Origin: Rhodovibrionaceae bacterium
Lineage (GTDB): Bacteria; Pseudomonadota; Alphaproteobacteria; Kiloniellales; DSM-21159
DNA: 64,000 nucleotides
NCBI GenBank assembly: GCA_028279885.1
Contig: JANQMX010000081.1
Location: 14,093-78,092, forward strand
Reading direction: 5' to 3'
The notes under the pieces are model-generated. The model did not search any database, was not told the origin of the DNA, and was given only the letters and a program-made list of their open reading frames with translations. The position numbers and the translations under genes were made by a program. Positions 1 to 10,178 of this stretch are shown in pieces. Numbering within the stretch: position 1 is the first letter of the stretch; the number at the start of each line of letters is the position of its first letter.

Positions 1-854
1 GACAGGGCGCCGGTATGGCTGCCGCCGCGAATGACGTTCGGTGCGCCCATGATAACCGGCTCACCGTTCGCCATGGCGTCCGCCGCCACTTCGGTTGCAA
101 GCGGAAACTCGCTGACGCGAATCCCAAGATCGCGGTGGATCGCCCGCTCGCTCAAGAAACGTTCGTCATGGGACAGCATGACGGCACCCTGCCGGCCGGC
201 CAGCGTCGCAACCTCTCGAACCTTGGCCGGAACCTCCGACGCAAGACTCCAGACCCGATCCACCTCGGCCAGATAGGTCTCGACCGTGACACCGGCACGC
301 TGCGCCCACTGGCCAAGTTTGTCGTGCTTGCCGGATTTCACCTTCTCCACGGTCAAGGTCGTGTGATCGTTGAACGCGACCGCCGGCGTCGGCTCGTTCT
401 CAAGCCAGGACGCCAGATCCTCGATGGCGTCGTGGGCGAAGGTCTCCCACCGCAATTGCACGCGATGATCGGCCGTCAAACGCGGGCGCAGGGCCTGCAA
501 TCCCGCCATGAAGCGACGGCCGGCTTCAAGGCTTCTCGCACCGGGTTCCCATGAGACCGTCAGCCCGTGAAAGGCGGTGGTGACGCCGTTGGCCAGCAAC
601 TGCCGGTCGACCGAGCGCATGGCGATGGGAAAGGCGATATCGACACCGGGGCGCGGGTGCAGCTCAAGCTCGAAGGCATCGCCGTGGACGTCGACGATGC
701 CGGGCAGCACCCAGTATCCGCGGCAGTCGATGCGGAGGCCGTCCGCAGCCGGCGACTCGACAATCCGGCCGTCGGCGAGGTGCAGATCGGCGGTTTCGAG
801 AGCGCCTTCGGGTGTCAGCACCCGGCCGCCCTGCAGGCTTATAGACGTCGACAT
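1..854 (-). CDS. PhnM-family amidohydrolase (alpha-D-ribose 1-methylphosphonate 5-triphosphate diphosphatase-like); 3' end runs off the window
   Basis: Absent from the ORF track because it is open to the window edge. Hand translation of the minus strand from ATG (854-852) gives MSTSISLQGGRVLTPEGALETADLHLADGRIVE..VLPGIVDVHGDAFE..LSHDERF..SEFPLATEVA..MGAPNVIRGGSHTGAL. These parallel the E. coli PhnM landmarks LLPGLIELHTDNLD, ASHDD, AEFPTT and MGAPNIVRGGSHSG. A GGAAGGG SD-like string lies just upstream. Confidence 0.75.
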   Translation of the reverse strand, partial: MSTSISLQGGRVLTPEGALETADLHLADGRIVESPAADGLRIDCRGYWVLPGIVDVHGDAFELELHPRPGVDIAFPIAMRSVDRQLLANGVTTAFHGLTVSWEPGARSLEAGRRFMAGLQALRPRLTADHRVQLRWETFAHDAIEDLASWLENEPTPAVAFNDHTTLTVEKVKSGKHDKLGQWAQRAGVTVETYLAEVDRVWSLASEVPAKVREVATLAGRQGAVMLSHDERFLSERAIHRDLGIRVSEFPLATEVAADAMANGEPVIMGAPNVIRGGSHTGAL

Positions 855-902
855 GGTCCCTTCCCTGGCCCCCGGCATGATGTGTCCGTCGCCGCAGTCG
901 CC

Positions 903-1811
903 CTAGATGTCGTTGCGGCAGGCCGAAAAAATGTCGTCCCACTTTTCGATACACAAATGGCCGGCGCCCTCCACCCAGTGAAAGTCGACGCCGGGGATCG
1001 TTCTAGCCATGTAGCGGCCCATGGCGCTGGAGACAAAGATATCCTGATCGCCGAGCCATATATGCGTGGGCACCCTGACCTTGTCGATCTCGAAACCCCA
1101 GGCCCGGTAGGCGATGAAGGCTTCATGGGCGCCACCTCTGCTCCCTTGCCTGAACGCCTCTGCCTCGACCGTGCGAAAGACCCGCACGAAGTCCTTGTCT
1201 TCCAACACAAGCTTGTCCGCAGGCGAAACCGAGGCCTTCAGGATGGCGAAGAAGAGGCTCTGCCAATTCCGGGCGCACCAACCCAGCGGCGCAAATGCGG
1301 CACGCATGATCCAGGGCAAGCGCCGCGCAAGCCCTGTGAAGGCCCGGTCCAAGGCGTTCAAACTAGAGACGATCTCCGGCGTCGCAACGGGCGCCCAGGG
1401 CGCGAGCGCGCCGATGAACGTCAGGCGCGCCGGGTCGATGGACGCGCCGCAGGCGAAGAGATGGGGGCCGGCACCGGAATGGCCTGCGACACCGAACCGG
1501 CCGACCCCGAGATCGTCAGCCAGCGCACAGACATCGCGCGGCCAGTCGAGGAACCGGCGGTTCGCCTGGAAGCTCGAGCGGCCGAACCCCGGTCTGTCCG
1601 TTGCGATCAGGCGGAAGCCATGTCGTTTGGCGGCTTGATCGGCGAAAGCGGCCTCCAGCCGGCTGCTTGGCGTACCGTGAAAGTAGAAGACAGGAAAACC
1701 GTCGGGATCGCCCCACTCCATGAAGGCGAGCTGCCGCCCGTCCGCGAGCCGAAGACAGCGGAACTCGTCTTCCTTTATGGTCTCGGGAAGTAGCTTATGC
1801 GGGAGAGTCAT
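903..1811 (-). CDS. alpha/beta-fold hydrolase
   Basis: 302-aa ORF with FYFHGTPSS (HG oxyanion region), DRPGFGRS and the nucleophile elbow GHSGAG. Same strand as the PhnM-like gene, whose start lies 48 nt downstream of this gene's stop. Confidence 0.8.
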   Translation of the reverse strand: MTLPHKLLPETIKEDEFRCLRLADGRQLAFMEWGDPDGFPVFYFHGTPSSRLEAAFADQAAKRHGFRLIATDRPGFGRSSFQANRRFLDWPRDVCALADDLGVGRFGVAGHSGAGPHLFACGASIDPARLTFIGALAPWAPVATPEIVSSLNALDRAFTGLARRLPWIMRAAFAPLGWCARNWQSLFFAILKASVSPADKLVLEDKDFVRVFRTVEAEAFRQGSRGGAHEAFIAYRAWGFEIDKVRVPTHIWLGDQDIFVSSAMGRYMARTIPGVDFHWVEGAGHLCIEKWDDIFSACRNDI

Positions 1812-1834
1812 GATTGCGCTTCATCCGCGCCACT

Positions 1835-2731
1835 TCATGCCGCGCTTCCAGGTTTGCGACCGACGAAGACGATATGCTCGCTGTTGTAGAGCGCGGCCAT
1901 GTCTTCTGCCTGCGCGATGGCGAAGGCAAGGAGCTCCGAACGCGTCTCGGGCGACTGGGACAGCAGCCGCAACTCCGATTGCGCAAAAAGGCTTTCGGCG
2001 CCGAACAGAGAGACCCTCTGAAACCCGCAGCCTTCGAACTCCTCGGCGATCAGCGACGGGTGGATGTAGAAGGCTTTCGTGAAGTGTCCCTTGGCCGGAT
2101 CGACGATGTAGCTTTCGCGCCCTGAAGCCTCGCGCAGCAGAGGCATCAGCGCCGGGAGCTGCTCCATGTGCTTTACCGCATAGTGCGCCGATGCATAGGT
2201 CGAGATGAACGCGAAAAACCCAAATCCTCCCGGTTTCAGGACACGGCGCACCTCGTCGATACAGCGATTACGGTCTTCCCGTTCAGTGAGATGATAGAGG
2301 GGGCCGAGAACAAGAACACCGTCGTAGGACTCGCTCTCGATCGAGGGCAGTGCCCGGGCATCCCCGGTGATGGCGAAGCCCAAGCGCACGCCGCATTCCG
2401 CCGCCTTCTGTCTCGCGAAGTTCACATTGGCCGGAGCCAGATCAACCAGGTCGACAGAATAGCCGTCCTTGGCCAAAGCCATCGCGTGTCGGCCCGGCCC
2501 GCCGCCGAGATCGAGGATCCGGCTCTCCGGCGACAGCTTGGCGCGAATGAAGTGCTGCGTGATCGCAAACTCGAGCCAGGACGCTTCGAGCCTCTCCCAC
2601 TCCTCCTGAACTCTGGCGTCGTAGTAGCCCGCAATCGACACGACGCTTGCGCTCCCTTGAATCGTTGGCGTTTCCGCAACAGCGCCACCGGGGAAAAGAA
2701 CAGCACGCTGGCCACTGCGCTCTATCGCCAA
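1835..2731 (-). CDS. class I SAM-dependent methyltransferase
   Basis: 298-aa ORF with SAM motif I ILDLGGGPGRHA, acidic VDLVD and VLKPGG. Its start overlaps the EamA gene's stop region by 10 nt. Confidence 0.8.
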   Translation of the reverse strand: MAIERSGQRAVLFPGGAVAETPTIQGSASVVSIAGYYDARVQEEWERLEASWLEFAITQHFIRAKLSPESRILDLGGGPGRHAMALAKDGYSVDLVDLAPANVNFARQKAAECGVRLGFAITGDARALPSIESESYDGVLVLGPLYHLTEREDRNRCIDEVRRVLKPGGFGFFAFISTYASAHYAVKHMEQLPALMPLLREASGRESYIVDPAKGHFTKAFYIHPSLIAEEFEGCGFQRVSLFGAESLFAQSELRLLSQSPETRSELLAFAIAQAEDMAALYNSEHIVFVGRKPGSAA

Positions 2732-3678
2732 CGCCTAAGGAATTCAACCGACCCCAGGAGTGCTCCACCCACGATCAGGGCGCAGGCCAAGGCGACGTTC
2801 CAACTGGCGTCCGCCTCTCGCAGCGCAATGAGCACCGCCGAGGACAGCAAAGGCGTCATGTAGGACAGCGCGCCGAGCGCCTGAATGCTGCCGTGCTTGA
2901 CCCCGTAGTCCCAGGCGAAGAAGGCGAGCCCGACCGGTCCCAAGCCGAGCAGCAGAATGGCGCTCCACTGGCAGGGCGTCGGCTGAGCCCAATTCTCGAA
3001 CAGGGCATGACTGAGAAAGCTGAGCAGCGCCGCACCGGCGCAAAACCCGGTTACGGCATCGGTCGGCACGCCGCCGAAGCGCCGGTTCAGCACCGAGTAG
3101 ACGGCCCAGATAACCCCGGCAGCCGCCGCCGCTCCATAGCCGATCATCAAGCCCATCTCGATGGCGAAACAACCGCCGTCCAAGATCAGAAAGCCGGCAC
3201 CGGCCAAGCCAAGCAGCACCGCAGCCAGGTGATACCAACGCAAGCGCTCGCCGGGCAGTAGGGCGGAGAAGAGCACCAGCAGGATGGGCCAAAGATAGAC
3301 AATCAGGCTGGCTTCGATGGCCGGGGCACGACTCAAGGCGACAAAGTAAAAGCAGTGGCAGCCGAACAGCCCCAGGACTCCGAGCGTCCAGACCTGCCAG
3401 GGTTGCCGCAGCGCGCGCCAAGCGCTGCGCCCGCGTGAAAGGATGGCAACGATACCGATCGCCGTGGCCACAGAGAAACAGAGCGAGGCGAGCTGAAACG
3501 GGGGAATACCCTCGGCCCAGGTGGTGAAGAGCGCGAGCTTGGCCCACAGGATGATGGCTGCGCCGCCAACGAGGGTCCCAACGAGGCGCTTCGCCTCGGC
3601 CGCCCGCGCCGCTGCCACCCTCTCAGCGCCCCCGCGCACGACCAAAACGCCCCCAAGCCGGGCACCCCGACAAGCCAA
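2722..3678 (-). CDS. EamA/DMT-family transporter
   Basis: 318-aa ORF that is hydrophobic throughout, with about 10 helices in two EamA-like halves. The track start is a TTG at 3678, so the true start may lie up to about 100 nt downstream. Confidence 0.75.
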   Translation of the reverse strand: MACRGARLGGVLVVRGGAERVAAARAAEAKRLVGTLVGGAAIILWAKLALFTTWAEGIPPFQLASLCFSVATAIGIVAILSRGRSAWRALRQPWQVWTLGVLGLFGCHCFYFVALSRAPAIEASLIVYLWPILLVLFSALLPGERLRWYHLAAVLLGLAGAGFLILDGGCFAIEMGLMIGYGAAAAAGVIWAVYSVLNRRFGGVPTDAVTGFCAGAALLSFLSHALFENWAQPTPCQWSAILLLGLGPVGLAFFAWDYGVKHGSIQALGALSYMTPLLSSAVLIALREADASWNVALACALIVGGALLGSVEFLRRWR

Positions 3679-3704
3679 GCATCAACATCCCCGTGTTGCT
3701 TTTT

Positions 3705-3727
3705 AATCGGTATTGTAAATACCGATT
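3705..3727. promoter_or_regulatory. perfect dyad AATCGGTAT-N5-ATACCGATT, candidate operator in the EamA/Rrf2 divergent spacer
   Basis: Read directly from the sequence: aatcggtattgtaaataccgatt. It lies 27 nt upstream of the annotated EamA start, inside a 300-bp AT-rich intergenic region shared with the Rrf2 gene. Confidence 0.35.
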
Positions 3728-3980
3728 TAGAGAAACGACGGATGCCTGGAGATGCTTTTTCTGTGATCAGAGGGCTCCTGATGGCAGCCGTATGGACGGC
3801 GACAGAAAAATCAGTTTCTAAGCCTTGATTATAGGGACCTAAGATAAACTGTTGTTGTAGAATGCGAATAGAGCTGGCCAACGCTTGCGGCCTCGCTCAT
3901 CACGCCCAAATCTCTTCTGGAACGCCTTCGCACATATCTTATCTGGTATTTCAGGTGCTTGATTTTTTCGGAGGAACCGC

Positions 3981-4421
3981 ATGCGGCTGAACGTCCAGAC
4001 GGACTATGCGCTGAGGGTGCTGATGTTCCTGGCGGCGCGCGACGAACCAAGCGCGACGACCGCCGAAATCGCCACGCGCTTCGGGATCTCGCGAAACCAC
4101 CTGACCAAGGTCGCGCAAGCGCTTGCGCGGGAGGCGCTTGTCGAGACGGCGCGCGGCCGCGCGGGCGGGCTTCGGTTGGCGCGCCCCGCCGGAGAGATCT
4201 CCGTCGGCCGAGTGGTCCGTGCCCTTGAGGCTGACTTCGCCATCGCCGCCTGCTTTCAGGGCGGTAAAGGGGATTGTTTGATTTTCCCCGCGTGTCGCTT
4301 GCGAGGGGTGCTTGAGACTGCGCTCGAAGCCTTTCTGGCAACCCTGGACGAGGTCACCATCCATGACCTCGTCACCCTCAACAGCGACCTGAAAACACTG
4401 CTGTCCCGGCCGGCCGCTTAG
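3981..4421 (+). CDS. Rrf2-family transcriptional regulator (NsrR/IscR-like, probable Fe-S sensor)
   Basis: 146 aa. N-terminus MRLNVQTDYALRVLMFLA..TTAEIATRFGISRNHLTKVAQAL is a typical Rrf2 wHTH. Three clustered Cys occur in ACFQGGKGDCLIFPACRL. GGAGGA SD upstream. Confidence 0.85.
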   Translation: MRLNVQTDYALRVLMFLAARDEPSATTAEIATRFGISRNHLTKVAQALAREALVETARGRAGGLRLARPAGEISVGRVVRALEADFAIAACFQGGKGDCLIFPACRLRGVLETALEAFLATLDEVTIHDLVTLNSDLKTLLSRPAA

Positions 4422-4477
4422 GCGCCCGCCTCGCGCGCCCGGATTGCACCGCCAGCGAAAGGACGTCAGCATTCGTC

Positions 4478-5242
4478 ATGGCCCGGCAAACGACAATCCA
4501 TCCCAAGCGCACCCGTCTCGCTGGCGTCCGGGCTGTTGAAGCAGCCTCGGACCACCGCTTTCCGCGCCACAGCCACGACGAATTCGGTATCGGCCTGGTA
4601 ACCGCCGGTGCGCAGCGATCCTATAGCGGTCGCGGTGAGGTGGAGGCTGTCGCCGGCGATGCGCTCTCTGAGTTTGGCAGTGCCTGGCCCAAGATCGATG
4701 TCGAGCTATCGCTGGACGACCGGGCCGTCGACCTGGCCGGCGATGCAGTCGACGTGGTGATCAGAGCCGGCGGCCTGGCGGACAGCGCCAATCTCGTTGC
4801 CCGCCGCCTCTTCACCGACCCCCTCGTCGTTTGTGCCACGCCGCAATACTGGGAGCGACATGGCCGGCCCCAATACCCGGACGACTTGGCCGAGCACGCC
4901 TGCCTGAATTTTCGCAACCGCCGCACCGGCCACGCCATGCCTTGGTTCTTTGAGATCGACGGAGTGAAAGAGTCTCAGGTGTTCGACGGGCCGCTGACCA
5001 TCGACGACGGTGAAGCCGTCGGCAGAGCGGCACGGGCCGGTTTCGGAGTCAGCCAGATGCCGGGCTTCATGGCAGCCGAGGCTTTGCGCTCAGGTCAGCT
5101 CGAAGAGGTGTTGCAGGCGTTCAGGCCGCCCGAGGTGCCCTTCACGGCGCTCTACCTCGACCGGCGTCTCGTCTCTCCCAAGGTCCGCGCCTTCATCGAC
5201 TTCGTGAGCGACCGGAAGCCGCCCAGTCCCGATCGGGACTAG
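4478..5242 (+). CDS. chimeric ORF: AraC-type N-terminal cupin fragment fused in frame to a LysR-type substrate-binding domain, with no DNA-binding domain (possible fusion relic)
   Basis: Residues 1-62 (RFPRHSHDEFGIGLVTAGAQRSYSGRGEVEAVAGD) resemble the ligand-binding N-terminus of AraC regulators. From about residue 63 the sequence (WPKIDVELSLDDRAVDLAGDAVDVVIRAGGLADSANLVARRL..VSPKVRAFIDFV) is a typical LysR effector domain. Neither the AraC C-terminal HTH nor the LysR N-terminal wHTH is present. Confidence 0.6.
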   Translation: MARQTTIHPKRTRLAGVRAVEAASDHRFPRHSHDEFGIGLVTAGAQRSYSGRGEVEAVAGDALSEFGSAWPKIDVELSLDDRAVDLAGDAVDVVIRAGGLADSANLVARRLFTDPLVVCATPQYWERHGRPQYPDDLAEHACLNFRNRRTGHAMPWFFEIDGVKESQVFDGPLTIDDGEAVGRAARAGFGVSQMPGFMAAEALRSGQLEEVLQAFRPPEVPFTALYLDRRLVSPKVRAFIDFVSDRKPPSPDRD

Positions 5243-5432
5243 AGCCCCTTCACCTGGCCGCCGCGGCGGCGCGAGCGTCACGATAGAGACTTTCACGGGT
5301 ACCGGAGCGTCGCTCGACAGCTTATTGTTCGCGACCTCGGAAAACTTTTCACATTCTTGTCGTTGGAATCTCTTGTTGGAACGATTCTAAAAACCTATCT
5401 TATTGGAACTCTTCCAAATAAAAGTACCGTAG

Positions 5433-7687
<2,255 letters not shown>

Positions 7688-7715
7688 GATCCTGCACCGA
7701 CCACCGCTCTTTCCG

Positions 7716-8534
7716 TCACGCACCCGGGAAGGCATGCGTGTAGGCAACCCCATGCGAAGCCATCAATGCACGACGGATTCGGCTGGAGACCTTGGGCGAA
7801 TCGAGTGGCAGCGGGCCCGTATCGCGCATCGCCGCTCGAACATCGATCGTCTGCCCGAGAAACGTCCAGACGATGGGAGACGCGAAGGGACGGCCGTTCA
7901 GCTCCGAGGTGATTCCGAATGTCATCCCGAAAAGCTGTCGCACCTCGTGACGGCGCGGCACAGACAGGACGGTCTCGACCAGCGCGTCCTGGGCAACACT
8001 CTCGAACTCCAGGACGAACAGCCGATCGTTGATGAGCGAGACCAACCCATCGTACTTCGAAATCATGCGGCCAGACTGAAACTCGCCGCCGCGCTCAATC
8101 GATTTGGAGAAGAACAGACCTTCCTTCTGGTAGATGGAGACAAGGGCGCGCATCACGATGCTACCGTGATAGGGCACAAGAAAGTGGGACTTGTAGTAGC
8201 CGTGAAGCCGGCGCAAGCGCAGCGTGTCCCCTGGAAATGCGCGACGCATCAATGTGGAAAGACGCCCCTCCGACCGCGATGTGTCGGACAGCTCCGACAG
8301 CGCATAGCGCTCCTCAAAATCGCTCGGCTCCAAGAAGAAGTCTTCCGGCGCCACGCCAAACTCACGCGCGATGCGCATGAGATTGTGAGGAGACGGAATG
8401 CTCGCGCCGCTCAGATAACGGCCAAACTGCTGACGATTGATACCAACCGAACGGCAGACCGCCGACACGGATGGGCGGTGAGCACAAACGGCTGCGAGAT
8501 TGGTCGAAAATGCTTGTTTTGAGGACAGACCCAT
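7716..8534 (-). CDS. XRE-family HTH regulator with an uncharacterised C-terminal domain of about 190 aa
   Basis: The ORF track gives 7716-8654. I prefer the internal ATG at 8534 (MGLSSKQAF..). The HTH is VCRSVGINRQQFGRYLSGASIPSPHNLMRIAREFGV. Divergent from the amidase gene. Sampled lines 8041 and 8101 count 57% and 52% GC, lower than the neighbours. Confidence 0.7.
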   Translation of the reverse strand: MGLSSKQAFSTNLAAVCAHRPSVSAVCRSVGINRQQFGRYLSGASIPSPHNLMRIAREFGVAPEDFFLEPSDFEERYALSELSDTSRSEGRLSTLMRRAFPGDTLRLRRLHGYYKSHFLVPYHGSIVMRALVSIYQKEGLFFSKSIERGGEFQSGRMISKYDGLVSLINDRLFVLEFESVAQDALVETVLSVPRRHEVRQLFGMTFGITSELNGRPFASPIVWTFLGQTIDVRAAMRDTGPLPLDSPKVSSRIRRALMASHGVAYTHAFPGA

Positions 8535-8663
8535 CCGGAACCTTGCGCATTTATTCGCATCACCGCGCAAAATAGCATAAGAACGCAACAACCCGTCAAA
8601 TTGCAAGGCGGCATCGAATGGAGCTACTGCCGGAAGCACGAATCGCCGCTTCATTGGCAGAAC

Positions 8664-10178
8664 ATGAACCTCGACGAATACACAGAATTCGATGCCGTCG
8701 CGCTCAGCGACCTAGTGCGCAAGCAGGACGTATCATCGGCGGAGCTGATCGCTTGTGCCGAAGACGCGATCGCGCGCATCAACCCAGCGATCAACGCCGT
8801 GATAAGACCGGTTCACCAGGACAGGGACGCGCCCATCCAAGATGGACCCTTCACCGGTGTCCCCTTCCTCCTTAAAGATCTCGGCCACAACTTCGCCGGC
8901 ATAGCCTGCACAATGGGCAGCCGGATCGGTCGCGGCTTTGTGCCCAAAGAGGACGGACCGCTTGCCGCACGCTTTCGCGCCGGCGGCTTGAGGCCAGTCG
9001 GCGTAACCAACTCCTCCGAGTTCGGCATCAACGGGGTTACAGAGCCGGTTGCCTTCGGACCGACGCGCAATCCCTGGGATCCAACGCTATCCCCCGGCGG
9101 GTCCAGCGGCGGCTCCGCTGCCGCCGTGGCGGCCGGCATCGTGCCGATGGCGCACGCAAGTGACGGCGGCGGTTCGATACGGGTCCCGGCGGCCTGGTGC
9201 GGACTGGTCGGCCTCAAACCGTCGCGAGGACGAAATCCCCTAGGCAGCGGCACGAGCAACGACGCAACAAGCTGGGTGTCGGCTCAGCATGTCGTTTCGC
9301 GCAGCCTGCGAGACACAGCGGCGGCCCTGGACGTGACATCCGGCCCCCTCCCCGGTGACTACATTGCCATGCCGCGTCACGAGCGGAGCTTTCTGGAGGA
9401 GTTGAAGCGAGCTCCGGAGAGGCTCCGTATCGCGCTGATGCTCTCGTGGCCCGACGGACCCAACGTCGATGAAGACTGCCGCCTGGCTGCCTTCGACGCG
9501 GGCCGCCTGGCCGAGAGTCTCGGGCACATCGTCGAAGAGATCGGTCCCAGGGTGTCCTATGACGACATGAGCGATCTCTGTCGCGACATCTTTCTGCCAT
9601 CGCTGGCCGAGGGCGTCGAAAGGACGAGCGCGGCCACGGGCCTTCCGATGGGCCCCGACACCCTGGAATGCCAGACGCTTGCCGCAATCAAACGACTGCA
9701 AAGCCTGTCGGCCATGGACCTCAAGCGCGATCTTTCAAAGTTGGCGGCAATGTCGCGGCAGGTCGGCGCGTTCATGGCTGACTACGACGTTCTATTGACG
9801 CCAGCCGTGTCTCGTTCGCCGGTGGAAATCGGCCGCTTCAATCCCGAGAGCTATCCTCCGGACAGCATCACGTTCTGGAGCGACGAAATGAGCTGCTATG
9901 CCTTCTCCGCGCTCTCTAGCCTAACCGGGCAGCCGTCAATGACCTTACCGCTCTCCGAGACGGCAGAGGGCTTGCCGGTCGGTGTCCAGATCAACGGCCA
10001 CATCGGGGACGATGCGACGCTTTTCCAACTGGCCGCCCAGTTCGAAGCGGCTGCGCCATGGGACCATCGCCGGCCGGCCCTGCATGCCGCCGCGAAGTCG
10101 AATGGCACAGGACTGAATCCATTCACCGAGAAGGACAGCGCAAGATGTCTGAGGCAAAGCGAGAGCTTGACGCGTTAA
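8664..10178 (+). CDS. amidase-signature (AS) family amidase
   Basis: GGSSGGSAAAVAAGIVPMAHASDGGGSIRVPAAWCGLVGLKPSRG is the amidase signature, and the catalytic Lys context is FLLKD. The start is moved to the ATG at 8664 (MNLDEYTEFDAVALSDLV). Confidence 0.9.
   Translation: MNLDEYTEFDAVALSDLVRKQDVSSAELIACAEDAIARINPAINAVIRPVHQDRDAPIQDGPFTGVPFLLKDLGHNFAGIACTMGSRIGRGFVPKEDGPLAARFRAGGLRPVGVTNSSEFGINGVTEPVAFGPTRNPWDPTLSPGGSSGGSAAAVAAGIVPMAHASDGGGSIRVPAAWCGLVGLKPSRGRNPLGSGTSNDATSWVSAQHVVSRSLRDTAAALDVTSGPLPGDYIAMPRHERSFLEELKRAPERLRIALMLSWPDGPNVDEDCRLAAFDAGRLAESLGHIVEEIGPRVSYDDMSDLCRDIFLPSLAEGVERTSAATGLPMGPDTLECQTLAAIKRLQSLSAMDLKRDLSKLAAMSRQVGAFMADYDVLLTPAVSRSPVEIGRFNPESYPPDSITFWSDEMSCYAFSALSSLTGQPSMTLPLSETAEGLPVGVQINGHIGDDATLFQLAAQFEAAAPWDHRRPALHAAAKSNGTGLNPFTEKDSARCLRQSESLTR

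Noticed and set aside
3742-3825. 27-aa ORF (MPGDAFSVIRGLLMAAVWTATEKSVSKP) in the AT-rich Rrf2/EamA spacer
   Set aside because: It has no SD, is very short, and lies in a region better explained as two divergent promoters. There is no evidence of coding.
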